From Thermoanaerobaculia bacterium (GTDB lineage: Bacteria > Acidobacteriota > Thermoanaerobaculia > Multivoradales > Multivoraceae): 64,000 nt of DNA. Positions within the stretch are counted from its first letter, which is position 1; every line of letters starts with the position of its first letter. Of this stretch, positions 1 to 9,464 are shown piece by piece. A model generated the notes under the pieces. It was not told where the DNA came from. It did not search any database and worked only from the letters and a program-made list of their open reading frames with translations. Location of the stretch: the NCBI GenBank assembly GCA_963666565.1, contig OY762911.1, positions 3,520,001 to 3,584,000 on the forward strand. The letters run 5' to 3'. The position numbers were made by a program, and so were the translations under genes.

Positions 1-2
1 GC

Positions 3-1010
3 ATCCCCGCGTCCCTCGACATGGCGCCATACCTCTACATCGAGGACGAGGGCGTAGTCGAGGCGGCGACCGAAACCGTCGAGGCCAGCGCGATGCGGCG
101 CTTCGGCGGAGGCGGCTACTGGCGCGCCGGCGCCATCGCCCCCGGATTCGACTTCCACCAGGTGACGCCGACTCTCTTCGATCGGGCAAGCGGCTACCTG
201 GCCCAGCGGGCGGTTGCCGCGGACGACCGTCCCTTCTTCCTCTACCTGCCGCTGCCCTCGCCCCATACGCCCTGGATGCCGCTGCCGGAGTTCGAGGGCG
301 CGAGCGGCGCCGGCGTCTACGGCGACTTCGTCGCCCAGGTCGATGCCGGCGTCGGCCGCCTGCTCGGCGATCTCGACTCCCTGGGTCTCGCCTCGAACAC
401 CCTGGTCCTGTTCACGAGCGACAACGGCGCGCACTGGCTCGAAGCCGACGTCGAGCAGACCGGACACCGGGCGAACGGCGCACTGCGCGGGCAGAAGGCC
501 GACATCCACGAAGGCGGCCACCGCGTCCCCTTCCTGGCCCGCTGGCCGGGCCGCATTCCCGCCGGCGCGGTTCGCGGAGAACTGGCGGGCCTCGTCGACA
601 TCTTCCGCACCATCGCCTCCGTCCTGGAGGCCGAGCTTCCCGAAGGCGCCGCCGAAGACAGCGTCGACCTCGGGCCGATGCTGCGCGGCGAGGACGAGCC
701 GCCCCGCCGTTCGCTGATCCACCACAGTTCGCGCGGCATGTTCGCCATCCGCTCCCACCGGGCGGACGGCCCGGAGGCGCCCCGGAAGTGGAAGCTGATC
801 GAGGGACTCGGCTCCGGGGGCTTCTCGGAACCGCGGCAGCTCGCCCCCGAACCGGGAGGCGCCGCGGGACAGCTCTACGAGCTCGTCGCCGATCCGGCCG
901 AGACGGACGACCTCTACCTCGACCGGCCGGACATCGTCGAGCGGCTGACCGCCGAACTCGAGGCGATCCGGGGCGCCGACGCCGCGCCGCTTCTCCCGCC
1001 ACCTCCGTAG
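3..1010 (+). CDS. Arylsulfatase (sulfatase family), 5' end truncated by the window edge
   Basis: The frame is open from base 3 (IPASLDMAPY...). Sulfatase C-terminal motifs: PFFLYLPLPSPHTP, YGDFV, LFTSDNG, LRGQKADIHEGGHRVPF, QLYELVADPAE. Confidence 0.85.
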   Translation: MPASLDMAPYLYIEDEGVVEAATETVEASAMRRFGGGGYWRAGAIAPGFDFHQVTPTLFDRASGYLAQRAVAADDRPFFLYLPLPSPHTPWMPLPEFEGASGAGVYGDFVAQVDAGVGRLLGDLDSLGLASNTLVLFTSDNGAHWLEADVEQTGHRANGALRGQKADIHEGGHRVPFLARWPGRIPAGAVRGELAGLVDIFRTIASVLEAELPEGAAEDSVDLGPMLRGEDEPPRRSLIHHSSRGMFAIRSHRADGPEAPRKWKLIEGLGSGGFSEPRQLAPEPGGAAGQLYELVADPAETDDLYLDRPDIVERLTAELEAIRGADAAPLLPPPP

Positions 1011-1070
1011 CCGCGGATCTCCCGGCCCGCGCAAGCGGCGCGGCGCGAAGCGGCGACCGTCCCTCGGCGA

Positions 1071-4007
1071 TCAGGGCGCCTCGTCCGCCCCCTCGTCGAG
1101 GAAGCGGATCAGGCTGGCCAGATCGCTCAGGGTCATCGTGTCGAGCAGGCCCTCCGGCATGATCGACAGCGCCGACGGTTCCTGGCCGCGGATGCGCGAG
1201 CGCTCCAGGTCGAGGCGGTCGCCGTTCGCGTCGATCAGCGTCAGTCGTGCGCCCGCGTCCTCGACCACCATCCCGCTGTGCAGGCTGCCGTCGTCGAGTT
1301 CGACATCGACCGCCCGGTACTGGTCCGAGATGACCCGCGACGGGTACACGATCGACTCCAGGACCTCGCGGCGGCGGAACCGCTTGACGACCGTCGAGAG
1401 ATCCGGGCCGCCGCCCCGGCCGATGTCCCCGAACACGTGGCAGGCCGAGCAGCGCGCGCGGTGGAACACCCGCTCGCCCTGCTCCGGGTTGTAGCGCTCG
1501 TAGGCCATCACGTCGTACTCCAGGTACTCCGCGAGCTCCTCGAAGCTCATCTGGGCGAGGTCGCTCCTGCCCGGACGGTCGCCCTCGACCTCGGTGACCA
1601 GGGCGGCGGCGCGGCGCGCCCGCTCCGCCCGCCGGCTCTCGAGCCGCTCCTCCGCGGCCGCTCGCTCGTCGTCGGGGAACCTCGCCAGGATCCCGGTCCA
1701 GATGGCGTCGATGTAGCCCTCCATGCTGGCGGCGCCCCGGAACTCGCGGGCGTCGTCGAACCAGGCCACGACCCGGGCGCGCAGTTCCGGCGTCCAGCCC
1801 CGGTCCATCGCCCGCAGGCAGTAGGCGGTGTGGATCCGCTCGGCCGGCGGCCGGTCCTCTTCCAGGCGGTCGACCATCCTGGCCAGCGCCCCGTCCGGCT
1901 GCAGGTAGGCGAGAAGCCGTTCGAGCTGCCTGTTCACCCGGTCGTCCGCGTGCGGATAGCGACCGAGCAGCGCCAGGCCTAGCCCGGCCCGCGCCTCGTC
2001 CCGCCCCGGAGCGTCCGGAACCGGGTCGCGAATGAAGGCGATCTCGGCCGTGCGCAGGAAGTCGAGTTCGGCCTCCACGTCGAGCTGGGCCTGCGCGACC
2101 CGGCCCAACGCCCCCACCAGGAAGTTGTACTCGATCTTGTGTTCCAGGCTGTAGACGATCGCCAGTACCGCCTCGAAGAAGCCGCGCGGGCGTTGCGCCG
2201 GGGAACTCATGACGGACTGGTCGAACCAGTAGCCGTGGGGGATGCGCTGAATCGCCTCCCGCGCCGCGTAGCGGAGGAACCGGTCCTCGTGGTCCAGCAG
2301 CGCGTGGAGCGCGTCGGACGTGGCGACTTCGATCCCGCGGGTGCGCGGATTCATGCCCGAGCGCACGAGCGACTCGGCCGCGCGCCGGGCGACCAGGGGG
2401 TCCGCGTCGGCGAGGGCGGCGCGCAGCGGTGCCTGGACCTCGGCGAAGGGGTAGGCGCCGAGCAGCGCGGCGGCGGCCGCCCGCACCAGCGGCGCGTCCG
2501 AGGCAAGGAGCGCCTCGTTCTCCTCCCGCGTCGGCCGGGGCCCGTGGACCTGGAGCAGTTCCAGCGCGCGGATGCGGTCGAGCGCGTCCCGGCCCGGATC
2601 GCGGACGACCGCCCACAGTTCCGGCGCCCAGTTCGCGCCCGCCTCGTCGCGAGCGAGCCGGATGGCCTCCCTGCCCCATCCCGAGCGCGGCATCGGCTGC
2701 CGCACCGCGGCTTCCGTGCCGGCGCGGGCGGCCGCCTCTCCCGGCTGCTCGAACGTCACCCGGTAGAGGCCGCCCGAGGTGCCGCGGCCACCGGTCGCGA
2801 AGTAGAGGAAGCCGTCGGGTCCGACGTCGAGGTCCGTCACGTTCAGCGGTTCGCCGAGGACGAAGTCGTGGGCCTCGCCGGTCCAGGTGGCGCCGGCCCG
2901 TTCGGGGAACAGGACCCGGATCCGCCCCCGCGACCAGTCGCCCATGAAGTAGGCGCCCCGGTACCTGTCCGGGTAGGCGTCGTGGTGGTAGAAGGCCACG
3001 CCAACCGGCGATCCGCGGCCCAGGTCGACGACGCCGGGCAGGGTGTCGATTTCGTGGAAGGCGAACTTGCCGGACCCGGTCCGCCAGCCGTAGTCGCCTG
3101 CGGGAATCAGGTGGACGACCCGGGTGGGCCGGAACCAGGGCAACCCGCGGTCCCACTCCATGTCCGCCTCGTAGGCGAAGATCTCGCCCGCCGCGCCGAT
3201 CGCCAGGTCGAACGGGTTGCGCAGGCCGCCCGCGAGCCGCTCCCAGGCGTTCGTTTCCGGATCCACGCGGTAGATCGTGCCGCCCGGCGCGCGCAGGCTG
3301 TTGGCGTGGCCCCGCGGGTCGAGGATCGGCGGCAGGAGCTGGTCTTCCTGCAGCTCGCGCAGCGGCGACGTCGGTTCGAGTCCTGCCTCGGGCGACGAGT
3401 AGTTGCCGTACAGCACGTAGAGCGCGCCGTCCGGGCCGCGGGCGATCGTGTGCGGCCCATGCTCCTGGATCCGGCCGTTCGCGGACGCGACCCGGTCGAC
3501 GGCGTCGACCAGCTCGTCGCCGTCCGTGTCGCGCAGCCGGTAGAGCCCGGTGTCCTCGACCGCGCCGTTGCGCCCGGCTGTGCCCTCGACTCCGGCGGCC
3601 TCGGCCAGCCGGCCGCGGCCGGTCGCGTGGACCAGCAGGTCGCCGGGCCCCATGACGTACAGGCCGTGCGCCGTATCGACCTGGGGCGCGAAGTCGATCC
3701 GCCGGTCGTACAGGCCGTCGCCGTCGGCGTCCTCGAGCAGCGCCAGCCCTTCGCCTTCGAGCGCCAGCAGCGGCCTGCCCGCCGCGTCGAAGGTCATGTT
3801 GACGACCGAGCCGAACAGCCCCGGCGCCGCGGCCGACTCGACCTGGAAGCCGTCCGCGGTGCGGAAACGCTCCCCTGCGTAGTCGAGCCGCTCGCGACGC
3901 GACGCGTCGTGGTCGGGCATCAACTCCTGGGCGCCGGCGCCGGCGGCCAGCGCGAGGGCAACGGCAAGAGTCGGACCGAGAGTCCGAAGGGCGGCGTCGT
4001 TCGTCAC
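1071..4007 (-). CDS. PVC-type heme-binding (CxxCH) putative membrane-bound dehydrogenase: beta-propeller, HEAT repeats, C-terminal cytochrome c
   Basis: Signal peptide (LAVALALAAGAGAQ); propeller motifs EHGPH, GLRNPFD, ADMEWD, GRGSP; HEAT-like repeats; C-terminal CSACH...GPDLS...ESIVYPS...SIMPEGL. Start re-assigned to the GTG at 4007. Confidence 0.8.
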   Translation of the reverse strand: MTNDAALRTLGPTLAVALALAAGAGAQELMPDHDASRRERLDYAGERFRTADGFQVESAAAPGLFGSVVNMTFDAAGRPLLALEGEGLALLEDADGDGLYDRRIDFAPQVDTAHGLYVMGPGDLLVHATGRGRLAEAAGVEGTAGRNGAVEDTGLYRLRDTDGDELVDAVDRVASANGRIQEHGPHTIARGPDGALYVLYGNYSSPEAGLEPTSPLRELQEDQLLPPILDPRGHANSLRAPGGTIYRVDPETNAWERLAGGLRNPFDLAIGAAGEIFAYEADMEWDRGLPWFRPTRVVHLIPAGDYGWRTGSGKFAFHEIDTLPGVVDLGRGSPVGVAFYHHDAYPDRYRGAYFMGDWSRGRIRVLFPERAGATWTGEAHDFVLGEPLNVTDLDVGPDGFLYFATGGRGTSGGLYRVTFEQPGEAAARAGTEAAVRQPMPRSGWGREAIRLARDEAGANWAPELWAVVRDPGRDALDRIRALELLQVHGPRPTREENEALLASDAPLVRAAAAALLGAYPFAEVQAPLRAALADADPLVARRAAESLVRSGMNPRTRGIEVATSDALHALLDHEDRFLRYAAREAIQRIPHGYWFDQSVMSSPAQRPRGFFEAVLAIVYSLEHKIEYNFLVGALGRVAQAQLDVEAELDFLRTAEIAFIRDPVPDAPGRDEARAGLGLALLGRYPHADDRVNRQLERLLAYLQPDGALARMVDRLEEDRPPAERIHTAYCLRAMDRGWTPELRARVVAWFDDAREFRGAASMEGYIDAIWTGILARFPDDERAAAEERLESRRAERARRAAALVTEVEGDRPGRSDLAQMSFEELAEYLEYDVMAYERYNPEQGERVFHRARCSACHVFGDIGRGGGPDLSTVVKRFRRREVLESIVYPSRVISDQYRAVDVELDDGSLHSGMVVEDAGARLTLIDANGDRLDLERSRIRGQEPSALSIMPEGLLDTMTLSDLASLIRFLDEGADEAP

Positions 4008-4150
4008 GGCAATCCTCGCGGTCGGCGATCCTACTAGGCGCGCGGGTGGACGGGCCTGCCGGCCCGCCTGTCGGTGCGCGGGTCTGTGACCCGATGCCCG
4101 CACGCGGCGTCTTGTCTTCCGGCGCTTCTCCTCCGTAGGATGGTCCTGCC

Positions 4151-5392
4151 GTGCCTCAGCCCCCCTGCACGATCGCCGTCCTGGCCACCCTCGACACGAA
4201 GGGCTGCGAGGCCTCGTACCTCGTGGACCGCATCGTCCGCGACCGCGGCTGCCGGGCGTTCGTCATCGACCTCGGCATTCTCGGCGAGCCGGCGCTCGCC
4301 GGAAGCTGGTCGCCCGACGCGAGCCGGCGGGAGGTCGCCTGTGCCGGCGGCGAGACGATCGAGCAACTGGCGCTCGCGGCCGACCGCGCGCGGGCCATCG
4401 CCGCGATGTCCGCGGGCGCCGAGGAAGTCGTGCGCCGCAGCTACGCGCGGGGCAGCTTCGACGCCATCGTCGGCCTGGGCGGCCGCGCCGGCACCGCGAT
4501 GGCGACCACCGCGATGCGCGCGCTGCCGCTGGGCGTGCCCAAGGTCATGGTCTCCACGATGGCCGGCGGCGACGCCTCCGGCTACGTCGGCTTCAAGGAC
4601 ATCGTCATGGTGCCCTCGATCGTCGACATCGACGGCATCAACCGGATCAGCCGCCAGGTCCTGAGCAGTACCGCGGCCGCCGTCTGCGCGATGGCCAGCG
4701 TCGAAGTCGCCGCCGGACACGACCGGCCCCTGATCGCCGCGTCCACGTTCGGCTGCTGCACCATGCCCTGCGTCCACGCCTGCCGCCGGCGCCTGGAGAC
4801 GGAGGGACTCGAAGTGCTCGTCTTCAAGGCCACCGGCGCCGGCGGCCGAACGATGGAGAGCCTGGTCGAAGCGGGATTCGTGGGCGGCGTCCTCGACCTG
4901 ACGACCAAGGAGTGTGCCGACGAACTCGTCGGCGGCGTGCTCACCGCCGGACCCTCGCGCCTGGAGGCCGCCGCCCGGAGCGGCACACCAGCGATCGTCG
5001 TCCCCGGCGGCCTGGACACCGTGAACTTCTTCGCCCCGGACACCGTGCCGTCCGAGTTCGAGGGCCGCACCTTCCACCGCCAGAACGACAACATGACCCT
5101 CATGCGGACAACGGCCGGCGAGTGCGGAGAACTCGGCCGCATCCTGGCGTCCAAGCTGAACGCATCCACCGGTCCGGTGGAGGTCTACCTGCCGCTGGGC
5201 GGCGTCTCGGCCCTGTCCGCGCCCGGCGGGCCGTTCCACGATCCGGTCGCCGACGACGCCCTCTTCTCCGCCCTGCACGAGAACCTGCGGAGAGCCGTGC
5301 CGGTCACCGAGGTCGACGCCAACGTCAACGACCCGCGCTTCGCCCACGCCGTCAGCGACGCCATGCTGCGGCTCGTGCGGGACGCGAACTGA
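4151..5392 (+). CDS. Tm-1-like ATP-binding domain protein (UPF0261)
   Basis: Motifs ATLDTKG, MRALPLGVPKVMVST, PSIVDIDGINRIS, ATGAGGRTME, VLDLTT, PGGLDTVNF, NDPRFA. Confidence 0.88.
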   Translation: MPQPPCTIAVLATLDTKGCEASYLVDRIVRDRGCRAFVIDLGILGEPALAGSWSPDASRREVACAGGETIEQLALAADRARAIAAMSAGAEEVVRRSYARGSFDAIVGLGGRAGTAMATTAMRALPLGVPKVMVSTMAGGDASGYVGFKDIVMVPSIVDIDGINRISRQVLSSTAAAVCAMASVEVAAGHDRPLIAASTFGCCTMPCVHACRRRLETEGLEVLVFKATGAGGRTMESLVEAGFVGGVLDLTTKECADELVGGVLTAGPSRLEAAARSGTPAIVVPGGLDTVNFFAPDTVPSEFEGRTFHRQNDNMTLMRTTAGECGELGRILASKLNASTGPVEVYLPLGGVSALSAPGGPFHDPVADDALFSALHENLRRAVPVTEVDANVNDPRFAHAVSDAMLRLVRDAN

Positions 5393-5398
5393 CGGGCC

Positions 5399-6091
5399 TC
5401 ATCCGCGAACGAGAACGCGCTTCCCCAGCGGCTGCACCGGCCGGTAGTTGTTCGGGAAGATCGCCGCGAAGGCATCGATCTGGCCGGCCGAGAGCGACAT
5501 CGACTCGGTGAAGATCGCCCAGGCGACGCCTTCCGTGCAGGGCGGCGTCGTCAGCGAGCCGCGGTAGCGCCAGGTGGTCCGGCGGGCCGGGAGCAGCGCG
5601 GGAAGGTCGAGGCGGCCGGCCAGCGCGCGCGGCGGTCCCGGCTCGACCGGCAAACGCTCCCATGCCGGCGCCAGGGCCTCGCTCGCCTCCCCCGCCTCCA
5701 TCAGAGCGCCGACCACCGCGAGCGCGCCGCTTGCGGCCTCGTGCACCAGGTGCAGTTCCAGCGGCGACGGGACGCCGTCGACCGTGTGCTCGCTGCGATG
5801 GTGAAAGTGGAATTGCCGCAGCTCGTACCGGACGCCGGCCAGCGCGATCCCGCTGCCGGGCGCCGGATTGACCTGGATCGTGTGCCCGGTGTTCTCGATC
5901 GTCGCGGCGGCCCGCCGATAGTCGAACTCGATCGGCGGAAGCTCGGCGTCACGCGCGTCCGCGAGGTCGATGGGGGACTGCTCCGTTCCCAGGGAGCAGA
6001 CGGCGTAGGCCGGGTCCAGCTCGCCCCACCGCGCCGGACCGTTGTGCTTCTCGTATCCCCACCGGACGGCGGCGCCGGACTGCCTGCACAT
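5399..6091 (-). CDS. cah: Alpha-class carbonic anhydrase
   Basis: WGY, QSPIDL, NTGHTIQV, QFHFH, SEHTVDG, ELHLVH (zinc-binding His residues), YRGSLTTPPCTEGV, NYRPVQPL. Confidence 0.92.
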   Translation of the reverse strand: MCRQSGAAVRWGYEKHNGPARWGELDPAYAVCSLGTEQSPIDLADARDAELPPIEFDYRRAAATIENTGHTIQVNPAPGSGIALAGVRYELRQFHFHHRSEHTVDGVPSPLELHLVHEAASGALAVVGALMEAGEASEALAPAWERLPVEPGPPRALAGRLDLPALLPARRTTWRYRGSLTTPPCTEGVAWAIFTESMSLSAGQIDAFAAIFPNNYRPVQPLGKRVLVRG

Positions 6092-6173
6092 CGGCGGAAC
6101 GATACACCGCCCCGGCGAATCCGGCGTTCCCGCGGTTCCGCGCCAAGCGCGGGCCGACGCGGCCCCCGTTCGG

Positions 6174-9100
6174 CTACTCCGCCTTGAACCCGCCGGACAC
6201 CTCGCCGAGCAACCTGTCGACTTCCTCGCGAGCCTCGTTCGGCGCCTCCTCGCTCAGCACGACGCCCACCCGGAACCGGAGGCCCCAGCCCGCGCCGGCG
6301 CTCAGGAGTTCCGGAAGGCGCTCGGCGAGATCCTGGACTTCGTCGGGTTCCAGCAGCGCTTCGGAGGTCCGCGGCGACGCCAGGGGATCGGGCGCCGGAG
6401 CATCCTCCGGTCGCTGCAGCTTGAGCCCGCCCGCGTTCTCCGAACCGGCCGCGGTGCTTCCCTCGGCGACCTCGAGCCAGCGGCTTCGCACCGCGTTGTC
6501 GATGCCGTCGCGCAGCAGACCCCACGGAACCGCCTCTCCGCGCTTCCGCGACAAGGCCTGCGACAGGGCCCAACCGCTCGTCCCGCCGTCGGCCCAGCCG
6601 CCCGGCAGCGCTTCCTCGACGAGTTCCTGCGGCGTCAGACCCTCCGGCGGCGGATGCAGGGAAGCGTGCTCATCTAGCGCGCCGTAGGGCACTTCCTCCT
6701 TCCACGCCGAGGTGGGACCGTTGCGCAGCCAGACCACACCCTGCTCCACTGCGCGATCGACCGCCTCGTGGACCACGTCCTCCGAAGCGCCAGGGATCTG
6801 GAACACGTCTTCGTAGCCTTCGCGCGGCACCGTGACCGTGTAGCCGCCGCCGAAGTACTCCAGGAGGTCCGTCAAGCGCAGTTCGGTACGGTCGCCGCCA
6901 GTCCACAAGCCGGGCAACGCGTCCGGCGCCAGCGACGCCGGCGCAAGTCGAGCCAGCTCCGCGCGGCCGGGCAGCAACACCTCCAGCGCCAGCTCCTCGA
7001 CCGACTCGGGGTCCACCTCCTCCCGCCACCAGGTCCGGCAGCTACCGTCGGGCCGCGTGAGCTTCGCGACGAGCAAGCCCCGCTCCACCCCTTGCAGCAC
7101 CGTCTCGCGGACGATTCCGGGCTTCAGCACCTTCGGCAGGTGAGGCCATCGAGCGAACGCGCCGGCAAGGTCCTTGACGAACCGCGACGTCTCGCCTTCG
7201 CGCCAGAGGTCGTAGGGCCCTTCCGGCAGCAGAGCCTCGGCGTCGACCGGGGTCTCGCGGATCCGCGCCCTCTCGTCGTTCTTGATCTCCAGGAACAGCG
7301 GCCCGGCGGCGCCGGGCAGCTTGAACGCGTGCGGCGCACCCTCGGGACTCGCGGTCGCCACGATGCAGTACGCCTGGCGAACGGCATCCGGAAGCCGCGA
7401 ACGGGCCGCATGAAGCCGCTGACTCAGGCGTTCCCGGCGCACGGCATCGACGGTCTGCACCTTGAGCTGACTCTGCACGTCCTCCCAACCGAGGAGGGCG
7501 CGTACGGCGCTGCGGGCTGCCTCCAGACCGTCGCGCGACGGGACGGCGAGGACGACCGCGTTGCGGTGCACGCGCGGCCGGTCGGCGGCCGTCGTCTCCT
7601 CGAGGTAGCGGCGCGCGAGGGCGCTCGGCTTGCCCGACTCGGAAGCGGCCTCGGGTCCGAGCAGGACGTAGCGAAAGCGGCCGTCGTCCCCCACGTCCTT
7701 CGGCGAAGCAGGCAGAACGTGGACCGCCGCGCCGGCGGCGCGAGCGCCGTCCGTCAGCAACCTGGCCTTGCGGGTCGCTTCTTCAAGCCGAGTCTCGACC
7801 GCCTGCGCGGTCACGCGCTGCTCGCACGCCTCGTCGTGCATCTGCCGGAGGTTCGGCCGATTGCCGAGCCGCCAGGACTTGGGCAACCCGGCGTCGGCCA
7901 TCGGCGCATCGTCCGCGTCCTCGTCGTCCAGGAACCAGGACAGTTCGCGCCAGCGAGCCAGTCCCTTGTGAAGTCCGATCGCGTCCGGTCCGCCGGCCCC
8001 CACCATGCGGAGCAACTCAGGCGTGGATGCCTTGCGGCCGATCGGCTGGGAGTAGAGGAAGACCGAGAGCACCGCCTGTTCCGCTTCGCGACTCGCGGCC
8101 AGCGCGGGCTGTTCGCGCTGGATCTCCCTCGCCTTGCGGAGCTCCGCCTCGAGCAGCGACATCCAGTCGATGGCGGAACCCTCGCCGGTTTCCGAACCGG
8201 CCACGCCGGCAAGCTCCCGGACCGCCTCCGAAACGCCCTCCTGCCCCGGCGGCGCCAGCAGGGCCGCCGGCCCGATCAGGGGACCCTCGTCCCAGGATTC
8301 GGCCTCGCGCAGTGCGGTCGCCAGGATGCGGAGAATGCCGCGGGTGCGCTGAAAGCCGGGCAACTGCGTCCAGCGACTGTAGAAGACGTCCGTCAGATCG
8401 GGGTGAAACGGGAAGCTCTCCTCGAACCGGTCCTCCTCGGTCTTCCTCGCCTTCTTCGTCGTCTCGTCCAGCCGCGCCAGTTCGCGAACGGCGCCGATCG
8501 CCTGGGAGCGCCACGGTTCCCTGTCGCGCAGCGAGTCCGGTTCGAAGAAGCGCCGCCGCAGCACTTCCGCGACGTCCTCCTTCCGGACTGGCTGGACTCC
8601 CTCTTCCCGCTGCCGCCGAAACACGTCGAAGAGGTCCGCGATCAGCCGCCGGCCCTCGACGCCTTGCTGCCTGGCGGGATCGGTGGCGAGGAGGGACGCG
8701 ACGATGGCCGCCCGATCGACCTTCGTCACCGCCTGCGAGAGGTACTGGAAGAAGTCGACGATGCGGTCGCGCCACACTCGGTCCTGTCCCGCTTTCTCGC
8801 GGGCGTACATCAGCACCTCGTCAACCAGGATGAGGGTCCCCAGGCCACGATCCAGCGGGATCTCGAGCAGCTTGACCAGCAGCGGTTCGGCGGGCGGCGT
8901 CTCGCGCTCCTCCGCCCTGTCCTCACCGTGAATGGACCGCAGCCCGTCGTCGCCGGCCAACTGATAGGCCAGCACGCTCCATGGGTGACGCAGAACGCGC
9001 GTCTCCCCCGCCGGCGAGCGGACGCCCTCGATACCGCGTTCCACGTCGATCTTGTCGAAGCAGAGCGCCGCGACATGGGCTTCCGGCAGCGTTCCGCCCG

Positions 9101-9464
9101 CGTGTTCCCGAAACTCGCTGACCGCCGCCACATCGGGCAAGGACTCCGGCTGCCGGAACAGGTGGTACAGGGCGATCAGCGTGTGCGTCTTGCCGCCGCC
9201 GTAGGTCAGCTCCAACTGGCGGACCGCCTTGTCGCTCTGCCCGGCAAGGCGCGACGCAACGTCCTTCACGAGCTCCCGCAGCGCATACGTCGGGTACGTC
9301 AGCGCAAAGAACTTCTCCGGCTCCTCGTACACCGGCCGCTGGCCGCGCCGCAACGTGACCTGGTGCAGGTCGGCCGCGAACTCGGCCAGCGACAGTTCGC
9401 CCGTGCGCAACTCTTCCTTCAGCCGCACGACCTCGTGCCAGGGCCTGAGGCCGCTCCCGGTCAT
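6174..9464 (-). CDS. DUF499 family large AAA+ ATPase (BrxC/PglY-related)
   Basis: N-terminus PWHEVVRL..EFAADL, FFALTYPT; Walker A LTYGGGKTH; Walker B LILVDEVLMY; FPFHP; GFQRTRGILR. The true start is the ATG at 9464, overlapping the upstream stop (ATGA). The longer ORF call is a GC-driven extension. Confidence 0.88.
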   Translation of the reverse strand: MTGSGLRPWHEVVRLKEELRTGELSLAEFAADLHQVTLRRGQRPVYEEPEKFFALTYPTYALRELVKDVASRLAGQSDKAVRQLELTYGGGKTHTLIALYHLFRQPESLPDVAAVSEFREHAGGTLPEAHVAALCFDKIDVERGIEGVRSPAGETRVLRHPWSVLAYQLAGDDGLRSIHGEDRAEERETPPAEPLLVKLLEIPLDRGLGTLILVDEVLMYAREKAGQDRVWRDRIVDFFQYLSQAVTKVDRAAIVASLLATDPARQQGVEGRRLIADLFDVFRRQREEGVQPVRKEDVAEVLRRRFFEPDSLRDREPWRSQAIGAVRELARLDETTKKARKTEEDRFEESFPFHPDLTDVFYSRWTQLPGFQRTRGILRILATALREAESWDEGPLIGPAALLAPPGQEGVSEAVRELAGVAGSETGEGSAIDWMSLLEAELRKAREIQREQPALAASREAEQAVLSVFLYSQPIGRKASTPELLRMVGAGGPDAIGLHKGLARWRELSWFLDDEDADDAPMADAGLPKSWRLGNRPNLRQMHDEACEQRVTAQAVETRLEEATRKARLLTDGARAAGAAVHVLPASPKDVGDDGRFRYVLLGPEAASESGKPSALARRYLEETTAADRPRVHRNAVVLAVPSRDGLEAARSAVRALLGWEDVQSQLKVQTVDAVRRERLSQRLHAARSRLPDAVRQAYCIVATASPEGAPHAFKLPGAAGPLFLEIKNDERARIRETPVDAEALLPEGPYDLWREGETSRFVKDLAGAFARWPHLPKVLKPGIVRETVLQGVERGLLVAKLTRPDGSCRTWWREEVDPESVEELALEVLLPGRAELARLAPASLAPDALPGLWTGGDRTELRLTDLLEYFGGGYTVTVPREGYEDVFQIPGASEDVVHEAVDRAVEQGVVWLRNGPTSAWKEEVPYGALDEHASLHPPPEGLTPQELVEEALPGGWADGGTSGWALSQALSRKRGEAVPWGLLRDGIDNAVRSRWLEVAEGSTAAGSENAGGLKLQRPEDAPAPDPLASPRTSEALLEPDEVQDLAERLPELLSAGAGWGLRFRVGVVLSEEAPNEAREEVDRLLGEVSGGFKAE

